From NCBI GenBank assembly GCA_020536535.1, contig JAHLWZ010000922.1:1-47104 (forward strand): a stretch of 47,104 bases of DNA, read 5' to 3'. Position 1 is the stretch's first letter; every line of letters begins with the position of its first letter. The position numbers and the translations under genes were made by a program. Below, one piece after another: positions 10,744-27,700 of this stretch. The DNA comes from Pelomyxa schiedti. Its lineage: Eukaryota > Protista > Evosea. The notes under the pieces were generated by a model that worked only from the letters and a program-made list of their open reading frames with translations, made no database searches and had not been told where the DNA came from.

Positions 10744-12195
10744 ATGGAGAAGGTCACCACGACGCGCCCAACAACACCCTGCAGCAGCGACATCGTGGGG
10801 AATCAGACGCTAGCAGGTCGCAAGAGACCAAGGGAACCAGATGTGGAGGTGGTTTGCACCCCAACCACGACAACGAACACGGTGTCGTCATCGTGGTTGC
10901 TTCCCCAACCCCATTCCATCCCCACACCACAACGACGTAGGTTGCCCCGCGTGCCGTCACAGAAAGGAAGCAAGTCCCACAAAAAACCCAAGCAGATTCC
11001 CTTGGCTGTGTCATTGATAAAGAAGAAGCATGTGGCCTCCCCAACTCCATCAGCAGTAGAAGCGGCAACAGACACGAATGTTGATGCGTCTCCAAAGGCA
11101 CCAAAGCGCAAAAGGTGCCAGCATCGCAAGAACAAGGCGCAGCAGCCACAGCCACAACCGCAACCGCAGCCGCAGCCGCAGCCACAGGCCCACGTGGACC
11201 CCCAACCCCTGCCAAATGGTTTGTTGTCCCTTACTGTTTTGTTTACTTGTGTGGCTTTTTGTTCTGTTCATTTCATTGGTCGGTTCATTTACTCGTTGTT
11301 GGTTATCTAAATATGGTGGGATTATTTGTTACTCTGTAGCTACAAACTCGTTTCCTCTTCTTTCTTTTTGCAGACCGCATCCACATTACTGTTCTTGGAT
11401 GGCGTACAGACCACCTGCCATGGGCGCCTGATGTCAAACATAGATTCCGAGAGTATAAACAGGTTCAAATATTCGATGCACAGACCCCCATGTCAGCAAG
11501 AATGTAAGCACGGAACACGTTTTTATGTGCAAGGCTAAATTTACTCCAGGGCACCAGAAGGTGATAGAGAGTATGAGAAGCAAATTGCTCAGTACGGAAA
11601 TGAGATAGGCTTAGCCCCTGATGAAGTCAAGTATGCGGTCTATCCGCTCCCTCCTACTTCCTCACCAATGCTTTAGGTTAACTCCGTTCTGGCTCCAGCA
11701 ATTTTTGGAAAAAAAGCCACACGCAAACAACAGCAAAGCAGTTGTGATATCCGCGGACGGCCCAGCGAATGACCCAGGAACCTGTTATTGGGGTGGATCA
11801 ATAAAAGAGAACATACCCATTGAGAAGATCATTACGGACACTGCAGTCTACTTTCCCAGTTGTCAGCTGTTTATTCTGAGTTGTTGCTTTGGTTTTGGAG
11901 ACCCTCGGAGAGTTGCTTCTATCCGTAAGGCACTGCAAAAAGTTGCGAACAACAGGAATACCCCAATCTGGGCAGCGGGCTACCATTCTGAGGTGGGATG
12001 GCTAGAGGGAAACCAAGAACTAGACCTCCTTGCTTCATTCATAAGGTAAACTGACCCCACCTTCCACGTTCCTTTTTAATTCTCCTGACTTATCTTTGCA
12101 GGTACTGTGGAAATATGACGCCGGACCTGGAACTCCCAGACACTGCCGTTGATATGGTGTTACTCAAAGCCACCCCTTCTTCCCGCCGTCGATAA
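10744..12195 (+). CDS. Spliced hypothetical protein: basic disordered N-terminus with (QP)n, and a C-terminal caspase/CHAT-like alpha/beta domain
   Basis: Five exons join in frame by GT-AG from ATG 10744 to TAA 12193-12195. Motifs: VVISADG...LFILSCCFG...AAGYHSEVGWLEG..LDLL. Confidence 0.55.
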
Positions 12196-12411
12196 CAACC
12201 CAAGTCGTCATCATATGGGGTAGTGGGTAACAAAAGGCCACTCCAACTTGCACCAATAGAATTTCGTCTCGTTTTTTGTGGCTTCCTGTTTCCAAAAAAA
12301 AAAGGAGAAGAATTTTGGGTGTGTATCTTAATCCCGTTGATAGAACATAATGTAGGAGTAGCTCATGTGTTGTTATTCGAAACCAAAAGGGCTTATCAGG
12401 AGGAGGAGCTG

Positions 12412-16245
<3,834 letters not shown>

Positions 16246-17082
16246 TAGAGAACAGCCGAAGTTTAAACCAGGGACAATTTTATGGTTGGAAAAGTTACCT
16301 TCCCATAAGCCTGGCTCTGCAGTCTGTTTTCCCTGAAAACTGTGGGAGAGGATTGCAAGAGCTGTGCACTCAGGGGAAGAGTGGGCTTCAGTGAGCACCA
16401 AATTGGTGGGGGATCTGTAACAATTTTCCTACTCAAATTGTTCTGTGTCTACCACCTATTTGTCATGAGCTAGAAATCTTTTTTTTTGCAACTACAAGGA
16501 GTGAGCCAAAAAATGTTATTTTTTACTTCCCTTCTTTAGATCAACATCTCACCAAAAATACAAAAGGATATTGGGACTCACACTAAAAAATTTGTTTGGG
16601 GAATTAGAGTGTTAAACACATGCAGTAGGAGTGGACATTAAATGTGCATGGCAATGTTGTTGTAGTCACCCATAACAAGCTGTACTGGTGTCTCTCTGGA
16701 GGTGACTTGTCCTCAGGGTGACAATGTCTCAATACCTTGGTTTTCAATCATTACTGTTGCTGGTTGTGACAATAATATTTAGTTGTCCAGCAACAGTTCC
16801 TTGTGAGTCCCAGCTATGGTGTTTGAGTGATGCTTCTTTGAAAAGAGCCTTGAGCAAGTTCCAGACAATGTGAGAGAATTGTGAGAAGCCCAAGAAGGCA
16901 CCATTCGGGCCTGTCATTGACGAACCACGAGACTGAGTGGCTAGAATCAGAATGGAGGAAGGGCACTTGCGTCGGAATTCTTCAGATAAGAGCACAGTCC
17001 TTCCAAGTTTGAGCATTTCCAGTAAAAAAAAACGCGTTGTGGGTAACGTTACGGCTGAGAGATCTCAGTGTCGAGTTCAAAC

Positions 17083-20000
17083 ATGGATGAAGAAGAAAGA
17101 TCTGACGACAGTGCCACGGGAAAGAGAAGGAACAAAGGCCACAACAAGCACTCGCGCAGTGGCCGCAGCGACACACGCAGGCACCACTACGAAAGCAGTC
17201 ACGGCGGATTGTCGACGTACAGTGATTCCTCACCGTTGCGAGAAGAGTCACCTTCTTGCGAACGCGACGGGAGGCACGATGATTCGCAGTCCAGGCTGCA
17301 CGTCGAAGTAACCACGACGCATACGATTGTTCACGATGACGGCGAGACGCCACCGCCAAACGAAATCAGCTCTGCGAAAGCAGAATCTCCCTCCCCTGAG
17401 TCCCTTGCAGTGCAACAACCCTCACCTTCCGAGGAATGTTCAACGCACCAAGTGCTTGCATGTGCCACTGCCCCTCCGATTGTTGTTGTCGTGCCCCCAC
17501 AGCCATCAACTAAATCGCTGCCTCCTTCGGCAGCACCCCCTCCCATACCAGTTGCAGCTACAAGTTCACGGACAGCGACACCTGCCACTGTTACCAGTGT
17601 AGCTAGGCCGCAGTCACTCAAGGCGTTTACCTTAACAATCCCAATGTCACCCATCTCTGATCAGTCATCTTCCACGGTTTCACCAGAGCGATTCAGTGCT
17701 TTTATTTCAGGCCCGCTGACGGATTTTGTGACAAGAACGTTTGGCACTGCTCTGGTTAGCATATACTTATAGTGATGCCTTGAAATAACAAAAAAGGAAG
17801 GCTTTTGACAAGAGCAATTCTGCTACTTTAAACCAAGAGTACAGTGCACTTGAAAAACAATGCAGTGAAATGCTGAAAGAATTTTTCCAGCCCGAGTTGC
17901 AGGTTGCCCACGAACAGGAGCAACTTGTGCAAAGACAGAATCACCGCCAAGCTGTTGTAGAGGAATTGTATACTACTGGTAAAAGCCACTTCTTTTTTTG
18001 TGTGTTCTTCACGTTTTTGCAGAAGAGGATTATTCAAAATCCTTGCACATAATGATGGAGGTATCTGTCTTATTTCAGTCCAAATTGATTGCTAACTGTC
18101 ACGAAGCTATGGCAACCAGAGATTACCAAGTCTGGCCTCTTGCCTCCAGCAGTATTCCCCTCTTCACATTTTTCCAATTTACATTTCGATAGGATATTAA
18201 AACGATATTTGGCAACATTGTGCAACTGGACTTATTAGCCTCGGAATTGCTGGAGGACTTCAGAACTGCCAAAAGTATGTCTTTGTACTTGTTTATGTCT
18301 CTGATATGAGGAGACAAGCCGATGAGTGACCAGAGGATTGGTGAGAGTTTTAAGAAAAGGGTAAGTGGCTACTGAATACCACGGAGCTCAGTCTAAGTCA
18401 TAACTTTCATGAAAGATACCATGGATCAAACTGTACATTGAATATGCACTTAACAGAGATCAAGCAAATGAAATCCTAAACTCTGCCCGTAAAAATCACA
18501 AATTTGTAGCCCTGCTTGAGGTAGGAAATGAAACCTTGTGACACTTCCTTAAAAAACCCTGTAGAGGATGCGACAACACCCACAGATCGGGAAGCACGAT
18601 TTACCAGATTTTCTTATTAAGCCGACACAACGAATAGTCAAATACCCTTTACTCTTGAGAGATCTCATAAAAGACACCGACACTGGTAACACAGCCTTCT
18701 CCAAGAGTGTTTCTTTATTTACTTGAACAGACCACCAAGACTACAATGACTTGCTCCTTGCTGAAGCTGAAATGAAAAAAGTTCTTATTAGCATCAATTC
18801 ATCAAAAAGAAATCAACTCACGGTTTCACTCTTGAGCCAGCTTCAACCAAATCTAACATGGTCCAATTTGGTAACTCCTCTCAAAGTTGTATGATACTAA
18901 AGGAACCAATATTAGGCTTATGACCTTGTTGCTTCTAAAGCTCAACTCATTTTTGAAAGTAAAGTGAAGTGCTATGTGTCCAAAAACGGTGAAGAAAGAA
19001 AGGTGAAGCAAGTCTTAATAATAACAGTATTTCTCTTTTACCCTAATACCCAGGCTAATACTGGCTATTTATTTGACTTTTTCATTTTGGTATGTCATCA
19101 TCGCTCCGGCAAATGGCAGGAAGTTGGCTTGATGCTTTTAGCCGATTGTGTAATAAATACCGGAGTCTCCTGTATGAAAAGGAATAAAACCGTAAATCCG
19201 CTCTTATGTGAGGTGTAGGTGCAGATTCATACAGGTTTGCGGTTCTCCACAAAACAAAGCAGGAAAAACTTGTTTTTGAATCACAAGATCAATATCTAAA
19301 CCAACTCTGGATAACAAATATAAATGACGCAATTAAAGTCATCCCAGCCGAAAAGGTTGAGTTCTTAACATGTTTGAAGTCTGATGCACACTAGGTTCTT
19401 GTGCCTAAAGACCAAATCAAACGAGATTCCATGACGCCCCAACTACCGTCACTGCCACAACTCACTCCATCACCATCACCACCACTGCTACAGCATCAGG
19501 TCGAGTCACAAATGCCAAGTCAAGAAGTTCAACAAGGTGAACAGGGACAGAACTCCAGCTCAACATCTTCAAAAACTTCGCAATCTTCAAGTGGCTCTAA
19601 AGATTTACGACCAAGCTCAGATGACTCTGTAAAAAAAAAGCGAAGCTGGGGAATCTTTACATTTCGTGGAAAGAAGGCAGATGAAGAAAGTGAAAGGGAC
19701 TGTGAACCTAACAGTGACGAACCAAGCAGCCAAGAAAAAGATATTGTGGGCAATCAAGTTGAAGTAACCCATTTTTCCTTAGTGGAATACTAACTCACCT
19801 TAGTCTGTTCCTCCATCATCTCCTGAAAATGATATACCGCCTCCCAATGAAGTGCAAAAAGGCTCGACTGAGGGGGAGAAAAATTCCAATTCTGGTACAT
19901 CTGAGAACTCAGTAACAGGTCTCCCAGCATATGTTGATGATATAAAGCCGCCGCCGCCAGAGCAACAGCCTTCAGCAGGCGCAGAAATACCCATTCCACC

Positions 20001-20530
20001 TCCTCAAGCATCAATGTCTAACCCACCAACCGTCAGTGAAGATAAGAGTGTGGAAGTAAAGCAGAAAGAAATCTCCTCTGCTAATCCGGAGCCAATCCCT
20101 CCCCCAGAAGAAAAGCCAACTAATTACTCCAAAACCGGTTCCACTGAAGTCTCCATCACGATTACCCCAGTAAGTTCCCCAACCACGACGAAACCGGCCG
20201 TGCGCCCTAGGCCTGTATCCCAGCAATTTCCACCACTGGCAAAATACACTACTCCCTCCACTGCTCCATTTACAGTGAGCGCAAGCACAGACAGAAAGCC
20301 AAGTATAGTGACCAAATCCCCTGTGTGTACCCCGAAAGCAACACAAGAAACTAACCCTTTTACAGACACACTCCCTTCTGGATTCACTTCTGTTCGATGA
20401 ACCAACAGGGCCAGATATCGTTTGCCGCAACTGTGGTGCCACATCACCATTTGGTACCCATTTCTGTCGCTCCTGCAGGAAACCTTGCAGCTTTTTCGCC
20501 ACTCGTCAGACAACACTCACCAAAAGCTGA
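17083..20530 (+). CDS. Dbl-family RhoGEF (DH-PH) with disordered termini and a C-terminal zinc ribbon
   Basis: DH motifs: RQAVVEELYTTEEDYSKSL, IFGNIVQL, LYIEYALN, LPDFLIKPTQRIVKYPLLLRDLIKDT. PH-like exons at about 18915-19350. The last exon, after intron ~20323-20365, encodes CRNCGATSPFGTHFCRSC and ends at TGA 20528-20530. Confidence 0.9.
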
Positions 20531-20657
20531 AACAAATAACAGGACCGAATATAAATAAATAAACAACTACCTCTGTAGTACATACCTCTAGCAACTTTTA
20601 TTGTGTTCCTTGAACGGAACTATTTTCTCCAATAGTAAGACTTTTAAGTCGTATCTT

Positions 20658-22826
20658 ATGGCGGATATTGAGGACGGCGGCACCCAATGCACGGTGTCAG
20701 ACAACGTCGATGAGGCTCCAGACGACGACGAGGACCTCCACGCTGTGCCTGTATTGGGCGATGACCCAGAGGAGGCCGCTACAACGACCACCACGATGAG
20801 TGCAACCCATAATTGCACGAGCACCACGAGTGCCACTAGTACTAGTACGACCACTTCGACTTCGGCGCACGGGAACACGCCGACGGCGAGCGACGAGGGA
20901 AGCGCGATGTTGGGGAGGCACGGGGGAGGCGCGGGAGAGGTCGGGGGATCGAAACCGGGCGGACCCAGGGTGTTTCTGAAGACTTGGGGTTGCTCCCACA
21001 ACTTTAGCGACAGCGAGTATATGGTGTGCTTGATAAACCCCCACATTTATGTGTCGTTGTTGTTGTGGGCTTGGGTTTGATCCGCTGCAGCTTCTACCCT
21101 CCCTAAGTGTGTTAAACAAGGCAGGTGTATTAGAAGAAGCGGGATTTCAGCTGGTGCATGTATGGGACGACGCCGACATTTATGTGTTTAATAGTTGCAC
21201 TGTCAAAGGTCCCTCTCAGGTGAACCTATTCATCCATTTGTCAGCACGTTCACCGTTTTCTTAGGATACAGCACTCTCTCAAGTTCAGAAAGCAGTTGCA
21301 AGCGGGAAGCCTGTTGTCCTTGCAGGCTGTGTCCCTCAGGGCAACCCTAAAAGTGCTCAAGCAATGGAGAACGTGTCAATCATTGGTGTTGAACAGATAC
21401 ACAATGTTGTCTTGCCTTAAACACTTGAGGTTTTTCTTACACTTCATTACTGCTCCTGCAGATAGCTGAAGTTGTTACTGGTGCACTTTCTGGGACTACT
21501 GTAAAACTTCTGCAAAGGCCCACTCAACTCCACCCACTCGGTGAACTCTCTTCTTTATGGTAGATAACATAATATGGAAAGTCATTAGTGCAATATGTGA
21601 ACTAATGGTTCTTCAGCACTTCCAAAAATAAGAGAAAATGAGCTTATAGAAGTTATTCCTATATCAGCAGGCTGTTTGAATTGCTGTTCGTTCTGTAAAA
21701 CTAAGGCTGCACGGGGTCACTTGCGAAGCTGGCCTCCTGCTCAGATCATTCAACGGTGTGTGACTTGTCTGCTTTGTATCTGCTTACATAGCAGAAAGGG
21801 TGAGAACAGTCATTACTCAAGGTGTCAGGGAAATTAGAATTACTAGTGAAGATACAGGAGCCTATGGCAGAGATATTGGATATTCTCTATCCAAGTTATT
21901 ATCTGAAATCATACCGGAACTCCCGGACCATGCAAGTTCCTAGCTCCTTGGCTTTGGTAACTAACATAGTTTAGGTAATGCTGCGTGTTGGAATGACCAA
22001 TCCACCATACATCCTTGAGCAAGTCGATCAAATCACAGCCATTCTAAACCATCCCCGAGTTTTCTCTTTTTTGCATATCCCAATTCAGTCAGGCAGCAAC
22101 AGAGTAAGTAATTATCTATTTTGACAGTGGTCTTATTTTCACGAAGGTTTTGGAGCTCATGAAAAGACAGTACACAGTAGAGCAGTTTGAATGGTTAGTG
22201 GACCGATTAAAAAGGTAAATTCTAACACCCTCTACACATGAAACTAATTGTCCTTTAGAGATGTACCAGGCATCTCCATTGCTACGGATGTGATTTGTGG
22301 GTTCCCAACGGAAACCGACCAAGATTTTCAGCAAACTTTGGCTCTTATACAAAGACACAAGTTTCCATCAGTCAATATCTCACAAATGTATCACAGGCCT
22401 GGCACACCGGCATACAACATGAAAAAAAGTATTACTCATAACAATAACCATTCACTAATTTGCACTCGCCAGTTACTTCAACAGTAATTAAAAAACGCAG
22501 TAGACTGATGACCCAGCTCTTTGACTCGTAAGTAATTACAGCTTCTTTCCCCGATAATCACATGACACTACTGTAGTTACACTCCATATGAGAGCCTGAT
22601 AGGGACAGAACAGACAGTGTGGGTAAATGAGCAGGCCTCTGATGGGAAACACTTAGCCGGGCACACAAAGGCGTTTGTGCAAGTTGTATTACCCTGGTCC
22701 ATTACTTTTATTAACAATTATTCCCAGGTGATCCTTGATGAGGACACAGTTACATTGGGAAGCATGGTCAGAGCCAAAATTGTTTCTGCTGGAAAATTTT
22801 ATGTGGTGGGCAAACTTTTGCCATAG
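20658..22826 (+). CDS. CDKAL1: Threonylcarbamoyladenosine tRNA methylthiotransferase (radical SAM, e-MtaB/CDKAL1)
   Basis: [25 protein letters not shown], radical-SAM [54 protein letters not shown] and RPGTPA, with a TRAM-like end. Confidence 0.95.
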
Positions 22827-22889
22827 GACATAAGAGAAAATTTTGATCAAAGAGCTTGTATTCGTTTATGTGGTGTCCACTTTACATCC

Positions 22890-24407
22890 TCACAATCCCT
22901 GGATATTCAGCTTTCGGAACTTTTCTGCTTCCCAAGCTACATTGCGTTCACGTTCAGCATCAAGCAATCCAGATATAGTTGGCTGTGTTGGGGTCTGTGG
23001 AACTACTTGTGGTTGTGTGAGTGGGGTTTGAGGTTGATTGTACAGTATGGCATATGGAGGAGGCTGTCTTGTGGGGAGTGTTGCTTGGGGTGTTTGTAGG
23101 CCCAACGTTGTTGGTTGGGGAGAAAGAAGCACTTGGTTTAGTTGTACAGTCTGGGGTGTTGCTGTTTTATTTGAGCCGGTTTGATAGAGGTTAGCCAGGT
23201 TAGGTGTTGCGGGTGTACTGGATGCCACCAACCCCGACTTCAAATTCTGTTACCAGCAGTAAGAATTATTGTTTTAACGGTCTGACCACTAACCATTTGA
23301 GAAGAGACCTTCTGGAACATATCTGAGGCTGTTATACGTGGATCGTTGCAATCTCTTGTTGGATTTAGTGTTACGAATTTGGTATGACACGATTACTTGG
23401 TCAAAGAAGATACAGACAGCTGAAGAGTATGCGCTAGGCTTGATAAGCTATGTAAAAATGCTTGCTTGGAAATGTTCGATGCAAGAGTAATGTCTCTGTT
23501 GTATTGTTCCGTCTGTTGACGAAGAGACTGCTGTAAGCTGGACACTTGCTACAAGGAAAAGGCTTAGTTGTGGAGACAATTTAGGGTAGTTACCTGTTCT
23601 AAACCCAAATGTAAACCTTCTAATGACAAAATTTTCTGTGATTGTGCCTCCAAAACAGACTGTAGCTCCTCATTGCGGGATTGGAGTGAAACAATTTCCG
23701 TTCTTAAAGCTTCAACGAGTTGTGTTTGAGGCTGATCCAAGTCGGAAGTGGATTCCCCTGTTGTTTGTTGGGTAGTGTCTCCGTTGCATTCCCCAGATGG
23801 GTCACTGTTTGGTGCAGACGGTGCGTCAACAGAAGTGGCCGTTGGCGTTGCAGTTGTGGTAGGAGAAATAGGGGGCATTAAATTTGGGACTGTCAAAACA
23901 GGGGAGAAGAAGTTAGGGAACAATCCGGCGACAGCAGGTGTTGTAGTGGCCACAGCCTCATTTCCACTGCCACTTCCACTTGTATTTGCATTTGTGTTTG
24001 AATTGATTGGGGTAGCCACATTGGCGTTTACGAGTTCTGTTTGTCTCCCCGTTGGTCTCACAGGCGCCACGGTCGGTGCAGGGGTCAGACAAATTGAAGT
24101 TGGAGAATTTGTGGGTGGTGTCTGCGTGATAGGAGCGGTAGTTGGAGCCTTGGGTCCCATGTTAAGGAGCGCCTCTACAGCAGTCTCCAAGTCTCCATTA
24201 GTATGCTCCAGCACTTGATATATCACACTCTGCGAGAAAAAGAAAAACAAAAGAACAAAAAAAAAAAAAAAAAAGAAAAAAAAGGTGGGAATGAGAAACG
24301 GATCTCAATACGCAGAGTGAACCAACCGGATCCATTTGCTCAAACATGCCGCACAACGAACGCATGTTTTCCTCATTCACTCGCGCACTCCTCTGTGCTC
24401 CTGACAT
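22890..24407 (-). CDS. CUE (ubiquitin-binding) domain protein with a T/P-rich linker and coiled coil
   Basis: Spliced N-terminus MRSLCGMFEQMDP|SVIYQVLEHTNGDLETAVEALLNM fits the CUE consensus. Coiled coil: LVEALRTEIVSLQSRNEELQSVLE. Confidence 0.8.
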
Positions 24408-24701
24408 TTCTGGTTTTTTTCTGATTCTGTGTAAGTTGGGAGTCCGGGGCAATCAATTTACTCCTCTGGCAACTCAGCAAACTATTAATGTGTCGTGCGT
24501 CTCTTATTATCCCACCAGTCTTACAATTTGACCTGCAACAACTCGATCAAACGATCTCCAGTAAAAAGCCAAAAACCCGAAAAGAAGCGAACAGCTGTAA
24601 ACACAAAAAAAAAATAAGAAAGGAGATCTTCGATACGTTGATACGTGTCGTGTTTGGCTAGTCAAAAGCAACAAACCGCTATAACTACAACAACCACTAC
24701 G

Positions 24702-27700
24702 ATGGCAACAACTGGCGTACCTACGCGCACAGGTAGCACTCCGGCACTACTGGGCCCGCCCCCCGCAACTCCCCCTCCGATACCCCCGTCATCGCCGTCT
24801 CCATCGATCTCGGCTGCGGCCGTTCCAGTCGGCACAACGGCGGCGTCGCCGTCCTCCCCCACTTCTTCGCTGGCTCTCTCCTCGTCGCCCATCGTTACCG
24901 ACGCCGCTGCAACAACCGCTACGACGTCCACTGCAGCTGCTAATCCTTCCCCCACGGCGGTCGTTGGCCCGTTGGCTCCGGTCGACGCCGCGCCGGTTGT
25001 TAAGCAGAAGAAGCCGTGGAACAGACAGTGGACTTTGGCAGAGTTGAGGACCGAGTCAAAGGATTGGTCCCTGGGATCAGATTACGGAGTACGTGTACTT
25101 ACTTACAGTTGCCTTTTGTTTTTGACGCTGTTGAAAAAACAAACAAAAGCTCATGTCATATCTGAAAACGTTTTCCGCACAACTTATGGCTCGCACACAA
25201 GCCCTGCAAGGGGAGGTCAACGGACTTGTGCACCAGTCCCGGGTCGCTGATGTGAATTTGCACAATACTTTCAACAATTTCTTGATGCTATCCAACACGC
25301 AGTACATAGAAAATGTGAGACACAATCAATTTAGTTACTCACTTCTGAGTTACCCTTCAGCGCGTGGATGAGGACGATCCAGCTGAACTGACTGCCAATG
25401 CTGACAAACGCGCACAAGCCGAGCCCAAAGACGAAACCCCAACGCAGCAGCAAATAATGGAAAAAAATGCCTCTGCTTTAGCTTATGGCATACAAGAAAT
25501 GATTAAGTTCTATGGGTATCTATACTCCCCTTCTCATGCATACTGATGATACTAGTCCTGTATCCGTTCCACAAACTCCTGCAGCACCAGAAACTCCAGC
25601 ACAAGTAGCACCTACTCCGGATTCTGCTTCTACAGCAGCTGCACCGGCACCACCCAAGACACAGGTTCTATTGAAAATCGATAGATCCCAATAATTGAAA
25701 CCCAAAGGGGCGTGATGTTTGGTCCAATTTACCGTTACCGTGTGTCTATGGCACTGATGACTATATTAAAGATGACCATTGCGGTCTACTTGCAGGTTAC
25801 TTCCGCGCCTTTACGTCATTTAAGGATCTTACTTGTAAAATCAATTCAGAAGATGACGATGAAGATGAAGAGGAGATGGAGACTGAAATTGAAGAGCCAC
25901 CAAAAGAGGAGGAGTCTATTCTTCCAGAAGTTGACGAAACTAAGGATAAGAAGGGTGATGAATCCGACTTCAGTTCTGAAGATGAGAAACCCACTGCATC
26001 TACTACAATATCTCCTACTGATGCGGCAACAACAGCACCAACCACCAGCGAACCCATTCTTGGAAGTGAGGGTACTCTAGTAGGAATAGATAATGGCTTG
26101 CCTGAAATTGCCTTTGGAGAGAATGGCAAAGAAGACTTCTTTGATGTTCCCTTGTCTACCTTACATTACCCTACTAATGTCAAATTCAGGGTTCCCCGGG
26201 AGTTGAGAATAATTCCAATGCCACGAAATCCGCCTTTGGTGAGATTACTGCCGATGGTGGGGGCATGTTTGAGGATGACGGCATATTCTCAAGGGAGAAC
26301 AAGGTCGTAGATGAAGATGAATCTTTGTTCAAAGAGCCAGAAGCTGGAGGAAAAACTTTGGTACCTGAAATTAAACTTCACAAAAAACCTAAGGCCGTCG
26401 TAGGATGATGACTGGCTTGGTGGTGGTTCTGGTGGTGGATCCAGCTCAATTTTTGATGACCTTGATGTATCTTTTCATTGTACCGTAATTGAGGCTCAAC
26501 TGTTTATTCTAGAAACCAATGGACGCGGGAAATACTAATACTAATTCCCTTTCTGCTGGAATTCTTGGGGACGATTTAGAGGATGAAGTATTCTTGGATT
26601 CCCCAAAACCTGTTCAACCAAAAACTTCCGCTCCAACTACAACTACAACCACATCTAGTTCAACCAAAACAACAGCAATAGAACCTGTAATAGCCCCTCC
26701 ACTGGGCTTTGAGGAGGAAGATTCCATTCTTCCTACTCCAAAAGAGGACCCTGTCGCTTCTGCTGCTCCATCTTCTCTTTGGGTAAAATAGTGCACAACT
26801 CCAAAAAGCAAACGAATTAATTTCCATTTCTTTTTTAGGAAGAAGAGGATGACATCTGGGGGCCCATTGAACCAAAGAAGACTGCCACACCCAAGACTGT
26901 ACAATCCGCTCCTGTGAAGCAAACATCTGCACCAGTGAAGCAGGCAGCCCCACAACCGAAAACTCCTTCCAGTTCACTCTCCTTCCTTGGCGAAGATTTC
27001 GCGGAAGATGACCTTGGCATTGAAGAACCGGCACCAAAACAGTCTGCTCCGGTTAAAACGGCTAAGGCTCCAGCAGTGACTGAACCAAAGTCCGTAGCCA
27101 AGGTACAACCCCCACCAAAAAAAGAGAGTACATTCGACTTCCTTGGTGGGGAAGATGACGGTGACGATGACGTAATTATTGGGGTTGCTCCTAAGAAAGA
27201 AAGTACGGCGATCAAGGCACCTACAGAATCTGATTCACAAACTACGATACCTAAACCTGATGCAATCTCTGATGACGACGATGACGTCGAGTCGCCAGCA
27301 CCGAAGCAAACAGTTACTTCTACTGTAACAGACAATTCCAAATTTTCCAGCTCAAGCTTGTCCTTTGAGGGGGATACTGAAGATATTATTGGTGACCTGT
27401 TGTCAGTTGATGAAGGTTAACTTTTTCCCCTCCACAACTTCACTTAAAACTTCACAGTCAAGACCACTCCTATCATTGAGCCGAAAAAACAGAGCACTGA
27501 CGTCGGTACCACTAAAAAGTCCACTACCACCAAGAAGGCTACAACTGATGTCACTAAGAAATCAACAACTGATTCCCCTAAGAAAGCAACAACAGATGCC
27601 ACTAAGAAAGCAACCACCGACACCACAAAAAAACCTGCCGCTAAAAAAGCTACTGTGCCCAAGAAAACTGGTGCCACAACAACTACTAAAAAAGCTGCTG

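Noticed and set aside
20740-20870. CDKAL1 N-terminal [15 protein letters not shown] resembling IIGEAPEEATTTTP in ORF 501-2540
   Set aside because: A short low-complexity match that is probably chance.
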